The translations under genes were made by a program, and so were the position numbers. Shown piece by piece: positions 36,183 to 47,891 of a stretch of 64,000 nt of DNA. Origin of the DNA: Oikopleura dioica (Eukaryota; Animalia; Chordata); assembly GCA_907165135.1 (NCBI GenBank), contig OU015570.1:1550001-1614000 (forward strand), in the 5' to 3' direction. Each line of letters starts with the position of its first letter. Positions within the stretch are counted from its first letter, which is position 1. The notes below the pieces were generated by a model, which had not been told where the DNA came from, made no database searches, and saw nothing but the letters and a program-made list of their open reading frames with translations.

Positions 36183-36937
36183 TTAAAACCAACATTCTCG
36201 TACCCCAAATACTTTGCACCGTCAGTTCCCCAAAGATTATATGTTGATCGGGGAAGAGATAAAAATATCGTTTTTTTATCAGATACTGCGTGCGCCTGAA
36301 GTGGGGGACGGGCGGCTACGTTACAAATTTGAAACGCCGTTACAATTTTGTAACGCCGTTACAAAAATCCAGATTATTTTCGCAATAAAAATGAATTTCC
36401 ATTCCGAAATTCTTATTATTTAGGACATAATATGGTGGTTTTATACTGAATATAATTGGAAAACGGGAATCAATCTCGAATATGTTTATTAACCCTGATA
36501 GGTGTGAGCAGAAAATAATAAAATATATATATTATATTTTATGTTATACCTGTGAAGTCAGGGAAAAGAATGATAAAATTTTAGGGGTACAGTCGTTTTT
36601 ATAGTATAGGACACCACCCATCGGTGGCACGGAATTAGACTTGGTCGTATGAACTCGGCGTTGGCCATATCGCCAAAGCTGGAATAGAGAGAGGCGAGCT
36701 GTCAAGGTATGATGGAGTGAAAGCCTTGGCGTTGGGCGCGTCACGGCTCACTGAGCATAATTACGTTGACCACGCGCGCTAGAATCCTGTATTTCGAAGT
36801 GAAAACAGTAGGAAAACCACTACATATTTTCCCGTTTTTTTGTTTTTGAAGCGAAGCGTCCGTTGAGCGTAGAAATTTTTAATGTTCTTCAATGAAGTCC
36901 CAAACATTTTCTGGTAGAGAATTGTGCTGGATGGAGT

Positions 36938-37475
36938 TTACGACTTGTAGAGATTCCGAATGTGAGATTTCTGCATGATTGATTCGGTAAGTTGAGTAAT
37001 TGTGAGCAAGATCATTTGTGAAATTTTGATGTGAGTCCTCGCGTATTCGAGCTGGTCGGAAAACATTTTTGAGTCGATTTCTAGAAATTTGAAAGCGCTC
37101 CTCGAGGTGTTATATCGTTTTTCATAGGTTGCTTGAAATTGTTTCATCAATTCGATGCAAGTTTTTTTTATCGACCATAAGCTGGTAGAGAATTGCTGTT
37201 TCACTTATCCAGTTGAGCAAACTGTCATGATTTTCATAGAGCAATTCCTGAAGGTGGTTGATATCAAAGTAAAAATGATCTTTAAGGGACTTTGCTTCGT
37301 TTTTCATTTCTTGCAAAAAGTCGAGCAGCGATTGCAAGTTTTCTTTTGAATTTGAGTTCGGTAAGAAGTGAATTGGAATAGAAACATCAAAGAGAGCAGG
37401 AATGATAAAGCGTTGAATTAGCCGCTTTGGAGGAGCGTCGTTGAGTAGGAAGAAATCATTTTGAAGAGAGGTCAT
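36938..37475 (-). pseudogene. Accessory 3' ORF of element B (two frameshifted pieces), helical, no TM segment
   Basis: Overlapping ORFs 37122-37475 and 36938-37204, joined at an A-run, just upstream of the PPT. Confidence 0.45.
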
Positions 37476-38713
37476 TTTCGAGTTTTTCTCTTCTAAAAAT
37501 AAGTATTGGACTGACCAGTACTCCTTTCAGAACCATATTTTTCTGAAGCAAGAATGCGCCATCGAGTGTATCTTCCGGACGTTGTGAGTCATTCCGATGT
37601 CTTTTCTTGTGATTTTTCGTGACCAGTGAAAAGTTGTCAAAGTCGTGAGTTGAGCCTTTCGTGATGGATTTTTTTTTTGTCTACTTCTTTCCCCTTTTTA
37701 TTTTTGGGCGAATGATCTTCACGAGCAGGAGATCGTTAATGAGCGCCACTGTGATTCGAGCAGTTATCTAGTAGAACTTTGAGCAAAGATAACATTTAGA
37801 ACAAAGAGCGAGTTCTTATTAGAAGAGAGTGTGTCACAATGAGCGATAGAAAGCTGTGAACAGAGCTGTGAGATTGTGAATAATTCGCTTGTGATTAAGA
37901 TATTTAAGCAAATGTGAATAACAAATACTCTCTTGGGATAAACTTTGAACCAAGTGAGCGATATTGCTTCAAATTTAATTTCAGGCATGTGAGCATAAAG
38001 AATTTTTGTGAGATTAAGTTCCTGAAAATTTAAATAGGGATAAATTAAGCCAACGAGCAGGGCGATAATTGTTATAAGCTTGTGAACAGAATATTAAAGC
38101 ATTGTAACCCTATTGTTAAGAATATTTAAAGCATTTGAGCGAAGCTTTGAGCGGAACTTGTGATCGTGAATGCCTAATTTTTCATAAAAGGACTATCTGT
38201 GTGTGATTTTGGCAACTGCATCGATTGCCAAACATCTGCAGAAGGCTGGACCAAGGTTCAGGAAAGAGGTACTTATCGTGCGGCCGATTGATAAACACAT
38301 TACCTGTGTTATGAGAACAAAAATCCACAGGGGCCTGCATGAAAACTTCGTAATAACGATCTGGTTGAGCATTACCAGTAATCTGGATTTCCCATTTGAG
38401 CTTTTATCGGGGAAGTAAACTTTTGAGCCAATTTCCAGTTGTGCATTGAATCGCCGAAGTTGTGAGGAACCAATTAACCAATTGACATCGATGTCGTGTG
38501 AGCAGGGCTTAAGACTACAGAGAGAGCGAGCAATCCAGTTATGAGTTAACGGTGGCTAGATAATGGGAACGCATATCTGAGCACCACCACGTCGTGAATA
38601 TTGACGATTTGTGAGCGAGATAGTCGAGCAGCTATCTGTGAATTAGGTCGAGTTATGAGCAAACATCTAAGACCATTAATGGGATTAGTCGAGCAGCTAA
38701 TCACAGGACAACA

Positions 38714-41700
38714 TTATCGTCGTGAGCGGAGACGATCTTTCCAGATGTTGTCGTGAGCTGAGTCATCTTTATCACTTGGCTCTTTATGATCTTTATGACT
38801 CGTTACCATCTTTTCATTCTTCTGAGCAGGAATGATCTCATCTCTATCAACAAGGAGCGGTTGATCTTTATGAGAGTAAACTATAGACTTGTTCTTTACT
38901 TCTTCTTTCAGGACTTTCCCTTGTGATTCGGCCACGTCATCTTTCTTGATAAATTCTGTTTTGTTTAAGGCAGTCTTTCGTTTGAGCGGTCGAATCAGAC
39001 TGATATGACGCCGATATTCTTTATTCGTGAATGGACATTTGATAATGTAGCTGTCCTTTGATAATCGTCGGTGTATTATGAATGGACCTGACCAGTGAAT
39101 TCCAAGTTTTCCAGAGTATAAGTCTGGTTTCCAACAGAGTACGGAAGTGCCAATTTCGAGAACAGGGCAATTTTTTTTGTCTCTTTGAAGGAGTTTTTGG
39201 TATCTTTGAACTTGGAAGTTAAGTATCGCAGGGTGGAGTTTCTTCATGTATTCATTCAGAGCAATTATGAATGGTTTGGAGTTTTCCGTAACTGGATCCT
39301 TAAGCGTGAATGGAATGTGAAATTGTCTCCCGTAGACAGCTTCGTTACTTGAGATTCCATCGAGACTTCCTTTTGGCATGATATTAAGATAGTACTGAGC
39401 AAACGGCCAGTAATCAGACCATGAGCGGTTTGTGGCGAGTAGAGAATTTGAGTAACGAATTTCGAATCGTTGGAGAATCGCTCTTGTTTTCGGTCCAAAC
39501 TCACCACCATTATCAGAAACGCAATTCTGAGATATGCCATGACGCAGTATGAGTTTGAGGAAGGCTTTCGCCACTAAGTTATCAGTTTTGTTTGAAAGTT
39601 GTTCGCCATCCAAATATCCAGTTAAACTATCGACACACGTGAGCAGGTATCGTTTTCCATAGCGATCAGTTCGTCCATAATCGACGAGATCTATGAATAC
39701 TTTCTCGAAGGGTAGTTGAGCAAAAATTCTGTCCTTTATGAGCGATGGACGAAGTTCTTTGAGCGGTTTAAGTCGGATGCATGTTTCACACGAGCTGGTG
39801 ATCGCTCTGACTTTTTGTTGAACATAACTGATGTAAAATCTTGTGAGCATTTGCACTAGCTGTTGACTTCCAGCGTGAGCGGTTATTGTGTGCAAGTATT
39901 GTATAAATTCATCAGCAAGCCAACTTGGAAGAACAAGTCGATCACGAGAATAGAGCACATTGTCCTTGATCGTGAATCGCTTCTGATTTGGATTAATTTG
40001 CGATTTGACAATTATATTTCTCGTGTCCGAGCAGGCATTCTGAGCAGTTGCCATTTCTTCTGACGAAAATGAGCGATTTTCGAAAGAGAATATAACATCA
40101 TCCTGTGAAAGAGCGTGAGCAGCAAATATTGTGTCAGCGACATCGAAGTAGTCTTCTGACTCTCTTTCTAGATCAACGGACTTTGATTTTGGTAATCTGC
40201 TGAAAAAGTCGGCAGATGCCATTTCCGGACTTGATCCACTTTTATGTATGATGTTGAAATTAAATGAGAGCAGGTAGTGATGAACATTCACTAACTTTAT
40301 GTCCAATTTTGATCGGCGCGCTTCACGGAACAGGAAGAGCAAACTTTTATGATCCACATAAACATCGAATTCGGTGTTAATTAGGTAGTATTCGAAGAAT
40401 TGAATACCCCAACACAATGCAAAAAGTTCTTTTATGCGCATTGGTCTTTTGAGATCGGGACCCTGGAGAGCTTTTGAGAAGTATCCGATCGTTGTGAATT
40501 GGTCATTTTCAACTTGATAAAGAGTTCCACCAACAGCTTGACCGGAAGAGTCAGTGACGAGTATGAGTTTACTTCCGGGCTTGAAATTAGCTAGTGTCGG
40601 TTCCTTTAGAAGTTCCATTTTAACTTTGTCGAATGCTTCTTGATGAGTAGGTGTCCATTCGTATACGGCTTTGGCAGATGTGAGACGATAGAGAGGTGCC
40701 AAACCTTCACTTCCTCGGTTGACATATTTTAAGTTGAAGGCGAGCATTCCAAGAAGTCTTTTAAGTTCGGGTTTGTCTTTTGGTTGAATCATATTTTTCA
40801 CGGCTTCAAGGTGCTTTTTAAGGGGTTTGATGCCAGCTGCAGTGATTCTGTGACCAATGAAGTCAAGTTCTTCACTTGCAAGCTTACACTTCTTTGCACT
40901 CAGGATAAGTCCATAATCCAAGCATGTTTTGAAGACATATTCTAATGAGCGTAAATGATCTTCTCAATTTAAGTCAATGATAATCAAATCATCAAGGTAG
41001 AGGATGATTGATGGATGATTCATGAGTTTCTTCATGATTCGGCTGAATGCTGCAGGAGCGTTGCACGATCCATAAAGCATCCGGTTGCATTGGAAGTGCT
41101 GATTATCATAACTGAAAGCCATTTTGTGCGCATCAGACTCGTTGATTAAGACTTGCCAATATCCTCGGTGAAAATCGACTGAACTTATGAAGCACTCCTT
41201 ACCACTTGTGAGTCGTTCCCCTATTGCAGTGAAAATAGTCTGCATGTGAGCAAGTTGGAATCGATCTTTCTCAAGAAGTGAGTTCATTCCTCGTGCGTCA
41301 AGGCTGATTCTGATCGTGTTATCGCCCTTACGAAGAATTATAAGTGGAATATTGAATGAGGATTGAGTTTTTTGAATAATTTTGAGTTGCTTCCATTTTC
41401 GATTTCTTCTTGAACTTGTGCTTGTGAATGGATCGGAATGGGCCTTGGAGGTTGATGAGAGGATTTTGTTTCATCGAAGAGCGGAAGTGTATATCGAAAT
41501 CCAAATAGTCTGCCAAGATCATCGCTATCCATATTGAAGCTTAGCCTGTACTTATGAATGAGTTTATCTAATTGACCTTTTTGTCGAGGAGTAGATGAGC
41601 CGTATGAACCAATCTCTGGAAAGAAGTTTGTCTTCTGAGCGAGCTTAGATCTTCTTTCGATGAATTGCTTATATTTTTGTTTTTCTTCACCAGAGTTCTT

Positions 41701-41715
41701 GTCTATTTCTATAAT
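38714..41715 (-). pseudogene. pol: Pol of element B (RT, RNase H, integrase); protease not seen
   Basis: HQPPRPIP, SSVDFHRGYWQ and YLDD (RT). LVTDSSG and VYVDHKSL (RNase H). HTITAHAG...CETC, FIDLVD, SDNGGEF and GPF motif (integrase). The 735-aa ORF 38714-40921 is intact. Confidence 0.92.
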
Positions 41716-41716
41716 A

Positions 41717-42114
41717 CAGTGAAAACTCAAAAATTGGCCGGTTTTCAGATCCAAATTTCCGAAAAAAGCGGCCAAATTTTGAGATTTTTTTGCCGGGTAG
41801 CCAAGCTTCCTCTTCAAAAAAGCAAAGTTTCGAAATTTTTGAATTTGGGCATGATTTTCACGTTTTTGATGAATTTTATTCAATTTTTTGCTTGTTCTAA
41901 GTCATTTTTATCAAAATACAGTTATTTTAGATGATTTAAACGCTTCAAAATAGCTTAAAATGGTCAGATAGACCATAATTTGGGTCTATTTTGATGCAAA
42001 TTTTTTTATTTTTGAAAACGCGGCCAATTTTTGAGTCTTTTTCAGATTCAAAATTCAGCCAATTTCGATCAAAACCGGCCAAATTTAGAGTAGGCAAATT
42101 TTGAGTTTTCACTG
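41717..42114. mobile_element. 398-bp Tc1/mariner-type MITE at the gag/pol junction of element B
   Basis: TIR cagtgaaaactcaaaa / ttttgagttttcactg with TA on both sides. Confidence 0.85.
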
Positions 42115-42115
42115 T

Positions 42116-43357
42116 ACTTGCATTTTGAGCCGAATCTACACTTTTGATGCTTTATGTAGGTGATGCAGTGTCCGTCAAGTTTCTTCGCCATTACCTTTGA
42201 AAGTCGTTGCCTTGAGACTTTTTGCTTCTTTTCTGGAGCATTTGACATAGTTGCGACGATTTCTTTTAGCTTCGAGCAGAGCTGTGAAAGTTCTGAGCTT
42301 TGAACTTTTGATTTATCATCAGCGGCGAAAATATTTTCTCTCTTGAAGAAAGATCGTTCAAGTTCAGTTGCACGCTGAGCAATGTTTCGGAGATTGAGTA
42401 ATGACTTTTCCCGTTTGAGCAGTTCCATAAGTCGAGGTTCTTGAGCTGTTATGAACCGTTCACAGATGATTGACTCGTCAGCTGCATCCAAAGTTTGTTT
42501 ACCGTAGCCTTTTTTGAAGTAGGCTTGCAGATTTGTGAGAGCCATTGCTTGAGTTTCGCCACCTCTTTGGAATGAGTTCTAAAGATGTTTGTAGTATTCT
42601 GAGTCTTTTCCAAGACCATCAGAAAGTTTGGTCTTGAACGCATTCCAATTTTTGAGTTCCTCTGGAGTGATTGCTTCAATCAAAGAAGTTTCGCTTTCTT
42701 CTGTCAGGAGCTTAGACAGGGCCACTTTTATAAGTTCTTCTTCAGAGATGATTGAGCATGCCTTGAACAACTCCATCGCATTTATCCAATTTTCGATCGG
42801 CAATTGAGAGTCAAACTTTGGTGTTTTCATCTTTAATTTACCTGAGATGCTAATTGGGTCAACTTTTGGGGAGTTGCCAGGAGAGTTCTTCGCAGAAGAT
42901 TGAGCTTTGTGCTTGGCATTTCCAGAAGACTGATTTCCAGTTTGATTTTCGGTCGAGGTGCGAGATTTTTGCTCTTGAGAGTTTTGAGGTTCCGGTTTGA
43001 CATCGATTTTGGAGTCTTCATCAACTTTTTCATAATTGATGCAAATTGGTCCATTGTCACAATTTCGTTTATCTTATCAATGTCAATTCTATGATCGGAT
43101 CTGGCAGTCTTTTGAACTGCCTCACCAACATAGTCAGGATCATATCCGAGAATATCACCATTTTTCCGGAAGTAAAACTTCTTTTCACGGTCTTCGAGAA
43201 AATCGGGTTGAATTGACAAAAGGTTCAAAACAATGCCCGTTTTATCGAATCTTGGAATCGGAAGCGGATATTCACGGCTAGGATGCCTGTCATAAGTGAC
43301 CATAAGTTCTTTTGCCGTAAGATCGACATTAGTCTTGAAAAAGATTTCTTCAGCCAT
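42116..43357 (-). pseudogene. gag: Gag of element B, frameshifted, ending in a CCCH-like zinc finger cut by the MITE
   Basis: ORFs 42833-43357, 42579-42830 (PKFDSQLPIENWINAMELF) and 42069-42545. The C-terminus reads CITYIKHQKCRFGSKCKY (C-x8-C-x5-C). Confidence 0.75.
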
Positions 43358-44236
43358 GATGGATGAAATGTCCCTAAACTGTGAAACTTACCGGATGTCC
43401 ATTAATCTCTTATATCTGTTTTATATCTCTCTTGTTGGGTCATTCAGTCACCAAAATATATGGTGGTTTTATACTGAATACAATTGGAACACGGGAATCA
43501 ATCTCGAATATGTTTATTAAGCCTGATAGGTGTGAGCAGAAAATAATAAAATATATATATTATATTTTATGTTATACCTGTGAAGTCAGGGAAAAGAATG
43601 ATAATATTTTAGGGGTACAGTCGTTTTTATAGTATAGGACACCACCCATCGGTGGCACGGAATTAGACTTGGTCGTATGAACTCGGCGTTGGCCATATCG
43701 CCAACGCTGGAATAGAGAGGGAAGAGCTGTCAAGGTATGATGGAGTGAAAGCCTTGGCGTTGGGCGCGTCACGGCTCACTGAGCATAATAACGTTGACCA
43801 CGCGCTAGAATCCCGTATTTCGAAGCGAAAACAGTAGGAAAACCACTACAATAATAAGCAATAATGTGTACCAAAAAGTAGTTTTCTTCAATTCAGGCGC
43901 GAAGCGCACACTCGTTTAATGATTTTGACTTTGAATTGTTTTAACGCCGTTACAATTTTGACTACTTGTAACGTAGCCGCCCTACACCCCCTGAAGTTCA
44001 GGCGCCCGCTGCTCGGCCAGGTCCCTTAATGAACTCTGTCTTCTCAGCAATATGAATGTCGATACGAAAGCCACCAAGTTTCTTTTTTGAGATAAGCTTT
44101 CTTTGTTTCCCCATATTGGAAGAGACGCATTTTGAAGAAAAATCATTGAAAACTCTTTTTTATTCAAAATTGGTAAAATTTTGACAAAAGCCAAAATTCT
44201 GTACATTTTCGCCGATTTCTGCTACAAAATTATGTA

Positions 44237-45002
44237 CCGTGGTTTTCCATTTTAAGAGCGTTTTTTAGATGACAGGGTTTGCTTAAAACGCTCTTAAATT
44301 GGAAATTTTTCTATCGATATAGGACGACAGTGGTTATTTTCATTTTTCAGGGAATTTCGAAAGTATGAAACAGAAAAGATCTAGAAGCAAAAGTAATTGT
44401 ATATCAAGATGAGAACGTGAGTGATTTTTTCAGGATTTTGCTCGAGCGCTTTTTCTTAATCTGATCTCTTTCATTCTTCAAAATTTAAACAACGAAAATG
44501 CCAGGAGAAGAAAAGAAAAACACATGTCTTTGGCTTAGAAGAAAAAATATGCGCAGATTCTGGTGAAGGCTCAAAAAGAAAGGATGGGAGAAAGACTGTC
44601 ATGGAGATCTAATAGATAATCCGAAGGAAAATGATGGGGAAGACATGCCTCAGGGTACATTTTCTAGCCTTTGTAGGAATAGGTAAATTAAATATCTAGG
44701 AATCAGATTAAAAGCAAAAGAGCTCCGACCCTGATGGTCCGTCGGCGATGGAGATTGAAGAAGAACCTCAAGTTCAAATGACAGAAGGAGCCGACACTGC
44801 CAAACCATTGACTTTAAAATGGCCGGAAAAGCAGTCAGAGATTACACGTTTTAGTTAATGATTTATTTGAGTCTAAAAATTTTTTGATTGCATAAAAATC
44901 TTCAAAAACGCTCTTTAATTGGAATTTTCGCAGATAACATAATTTGCAAAATGTTGGCGAAAACGCTCTTAAATTGGGCGCTCTTAAAATGGAAAACCAC
45001 GG
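44237..45002 (+). mobile_element. 766-bp TA-flanked non-autonomous Tc1/pogo-type element, copy 1
   Basis: TIR ccgtggttttccattttaagagcg with TA on both sides. Near-identical inverted copy at 50543-51308. Confidence 0.9.
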
Positions 45003-46153
45003 TACAGAATTTTGGGTGGTGCCTGTAATTAATGAATATAAAATTTTTAATTCTATTAAGTGTTTTTTTTTTGACTTTTTTGCTCTTTTGAATACAGTTA
45101 TTTTCCTCTTTTGTGGACATTTTTGTCCCAACTTATCATAAAAATGTCCACAAAAGTGGGCAAGAGTCTTCAAAAGAAGATTATAAATAATAATAAATAG
45201 AAGAAAAAAAATTTTTTCTTTGATAAATTTTTCTTCGTTTTTCCTGCACAATCTCTTGTACTAACCCGTATTTTACTAATCTCTATCAAGAATAAAGCTT
45301 TATAGTCTAAATTATAGATAGGGGGTCCACCATGAGAAAATTCCGTGAATTTAGACCTTCCTTAAGGGTGTCCCCAACGATCAGATCTGAGTGTTCTTAG
45401 TCGGGTGACCAAACAATTTTTTGTGAATTATGAGAAGCTGATTCTAAAGCTTCTTTCAGATCTGAAATATCTCATCTAGTTCTCGAGATATAAATGTTTA
45501 TATGACCGCGCTAATGCATAACGGCTCGATAGAAGTGCACTGTAAAAAGTGTCATTTTTAAACTTATGATTTTACATATCGACCTGTATATTTTCTGAGA
45601 GCTTGAAAAATTCTATCTCTAATGATGCGCATTTCGATACGATAACACAAATTTTTCACCTTCAAACAGTCCGCCAAAAGTCGGAAACACCTCCATTTTG
45701 ACGCCGGAAAAGGGGATAAAGGGACTGATCAACGCGCAATCTAAGCGGATGAGAGCATTGTTGAAGAATCGAAATATTATAATATCGAAATTATAATAAT
45801 TTGAACATATCGAAATATGTTCAAATTGAAATTTTGAAAAAAATATTTGCGGAAAGAGCTTCAATATTTGGTTGGAATTTTCTTAAAATCATCACTTTAT
45901 ATATTGCATATTTAAATATGCATGCGATATAAATTTGGAAAATCTATCAAGATTCATGAAGAAAGAAGTTTTTAAGCAACAATATTCTTTTCATAATTTC
46001 AAATTTGAACGAGTAGATCTCGAGAAAAACGATCTCAAAGTTGTCTGAGATTACAGGAGTCTACCTTCTTTGAAGAAGCGGGAGGGGATTAAAAGATTAT
46101 AATTTACAAAATCGGTCAAGATTAATGCAGAGAAAAGTGTCCAAATAATAATA

Positions 46154-46397
46154 ACACTGTTTTTTTTTTAGGTTTGCCCATCATTTGTCCTTTATAGGCT
46201 CTTAACTGGAAAGAGATAGGACCATATGATCAATAGTGAACTTGTAGGGGAGGGTTTGGAGGTGGTGCAGAGGGGGTCAAAGTTGGGAGCCCCAAACCTA
46301 CTCCTCTACAAGTTTACTATTGATCATATGGTCCTATCTCTTACCAGTTAAGATCCTATAAAGGACAAATGATGGGCCAACCTAAAAAAAACAGTGT
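46154..46397. mobile_element. Near-palindromic 244-bp MITE
   Basis: About 105-bp arms (acactgttttttttaggtttgcccatcatttgtcc...) in inverted orientation, TA on both sides. Confidence 0.85.
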
Positions 46398-47051
46398 TAA
46401 TGTTCTTACTAATTTCTTAAGTAAAAACTGTCTTATTAGTAGAAAAATGAACTCAAAGTTGATCATGTTTCAAAAAAATCGTTGAGTACGCCCTTAACAT
46501 GAAAAAAAATGATGGAATAAGTTCCTTTGATGCTAACGATCATTCTTTTTTTATTATAGCCAGCCCCAAAAATTCCTTTTTTCATCCCTTAAATTTCGAT
46601 TTTAGGCTCGAGCTAGCACTTTTTTGCATTTTAAAAAAATGCTCCAGAAGACTACAACTTGCAACCAATCTTATAAGAATCTACAGGAAAAATGCTACAA
46701 TCTGATAGCTGAATCGTATGGTGCCTTGTGTGCAAAAAATTCTAGAGTCAATTCTTTTTCTAAAATCGCTTCACTGCTCAATCTGAGGTGTTCGAGTCCC
46801 GACGATGACCCTTTTTTTATTCATTTTTCGATGATATTTACGTCCAGAATTATAATCATTTGAATAAAATTTAAGTCACGTGACTTCAATGACTCATTAT
46901 GGTCCTCAGGAGGACTCTACTGATTGAAGAACCTCGCTTGCAAACCTCAAATTTTTTTTCATTTATCTATTATTTATATCTCTCGCCGGTATTCTGTACA
47001 TTTAATCCCGGCAAGTCGTTGTTCGGCCGGAAATCCCGGCGAGTCGTAGCT

Positions 47052-47891
47052 TGGTTGAATCTTCCAACCTTTTGGGATCCCGAATGTTTCGGGATTTCCC
47101 GAAACGTTCGCAGTAAAAAAGGGCCTTTTTGTCTTTGAACCTTTCGGGGATTGTTTTCAATAATTTCTATCCAAGAAAATATTTAAAGCCAAACAGAAAC
47201 GCCAGAGTACATCTTTATTGAAGTAAATGGTCCATTTGAAATGGAGGCGCGAGGGAAAAAATAATTTACTCGAAAAAATGGAACTATAGCTCATGATGTT
47301 CTCCGGGGACGCTCGTCTAAATTACCAAAGATTTTTGGTAATGCATTACCAAAAATTGGTAATCCATTACCAAATTTTTTTCATAAATCCTGATTTTTTG
47401 TCCAAAAAATGAGTAAATCACTCCCAAACGTATTCTATCACACAGGCGCGGAGCGCACAAGGGCTCTTTGACTAAAAAAATTGGCACTTTTCGGGAAGTT
47501 TGGTAATGCATTACCAAAAATTGGTAATGGATTACCAAAATTGGTAATGCATTACCAATTGGTAATTTAGACGAGCGTTTCCCATGTTCTCTATTAGACA
47601 GGCGCGGAGCGCACACATTCTTTTTGAGAACAAATTTAAAACTTTTAAACGGTCTGGCCTTCTTAGACCATTGAATTCGACGAAGGCAGATAGAGTTATC
47701 TTTTTGATTATTGAAATGCCCTAATTCGGCATTTATGCCATTTTCTTTATAACTTAATCCTCAACAAAACTCCCGAAAGATTCGGGCGATCCCGAAAGGT
47801 TCGGGAAATCCCGAAAGATTCGGGAGTAATCCCGAAACATTCGGAAAATCCCGAAACATTCGGGATCCCGAAAGGTTGGAAGTGACAACCT
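47052..47891. mobile_element. 840-bp TIR element with cccgaaa/ttcggg subterminal arrays and a nested ttacca/tggtaa MITE (about 47310-47580)
   Basis: Termini tggttgaatcttccaacc / ggttggaagtgacaacct. cgtagct is duplicated at 47045-47051 and 47892-47898. The empty site matches the cccggc.agtcgtagctctcc repeat near 49250. Confidence 0.8.

Larger units (their letters stand above)
36433..43850 (-). mobile_element. Element B: Ty3/gypsy (Tor-like) LTR retrotransposon with both LTRs
   Basis: LTRs 36433-36824 and 43461-43850 (about 390 bp, highly similar). PBS-like TGGTGACTG follows the 5' LTR and purine-rich aaaaacgggaaaata precedes the 3' LTR. ataat at 36427-36431 and 43851-43855 is a likely TSD with a 1-nt offset. 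Confidence 0.92.
36308..43982. mobile_element. MITE split by insertion of element B
   Basis: Inverted termini gggcggctacgttacaa (about 36309) and ttgtaacgtagccgccc (about 43966-43982), each with aacgccgttacaa subterminal repeats, flank the LTR element. Confidence 0.65.
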
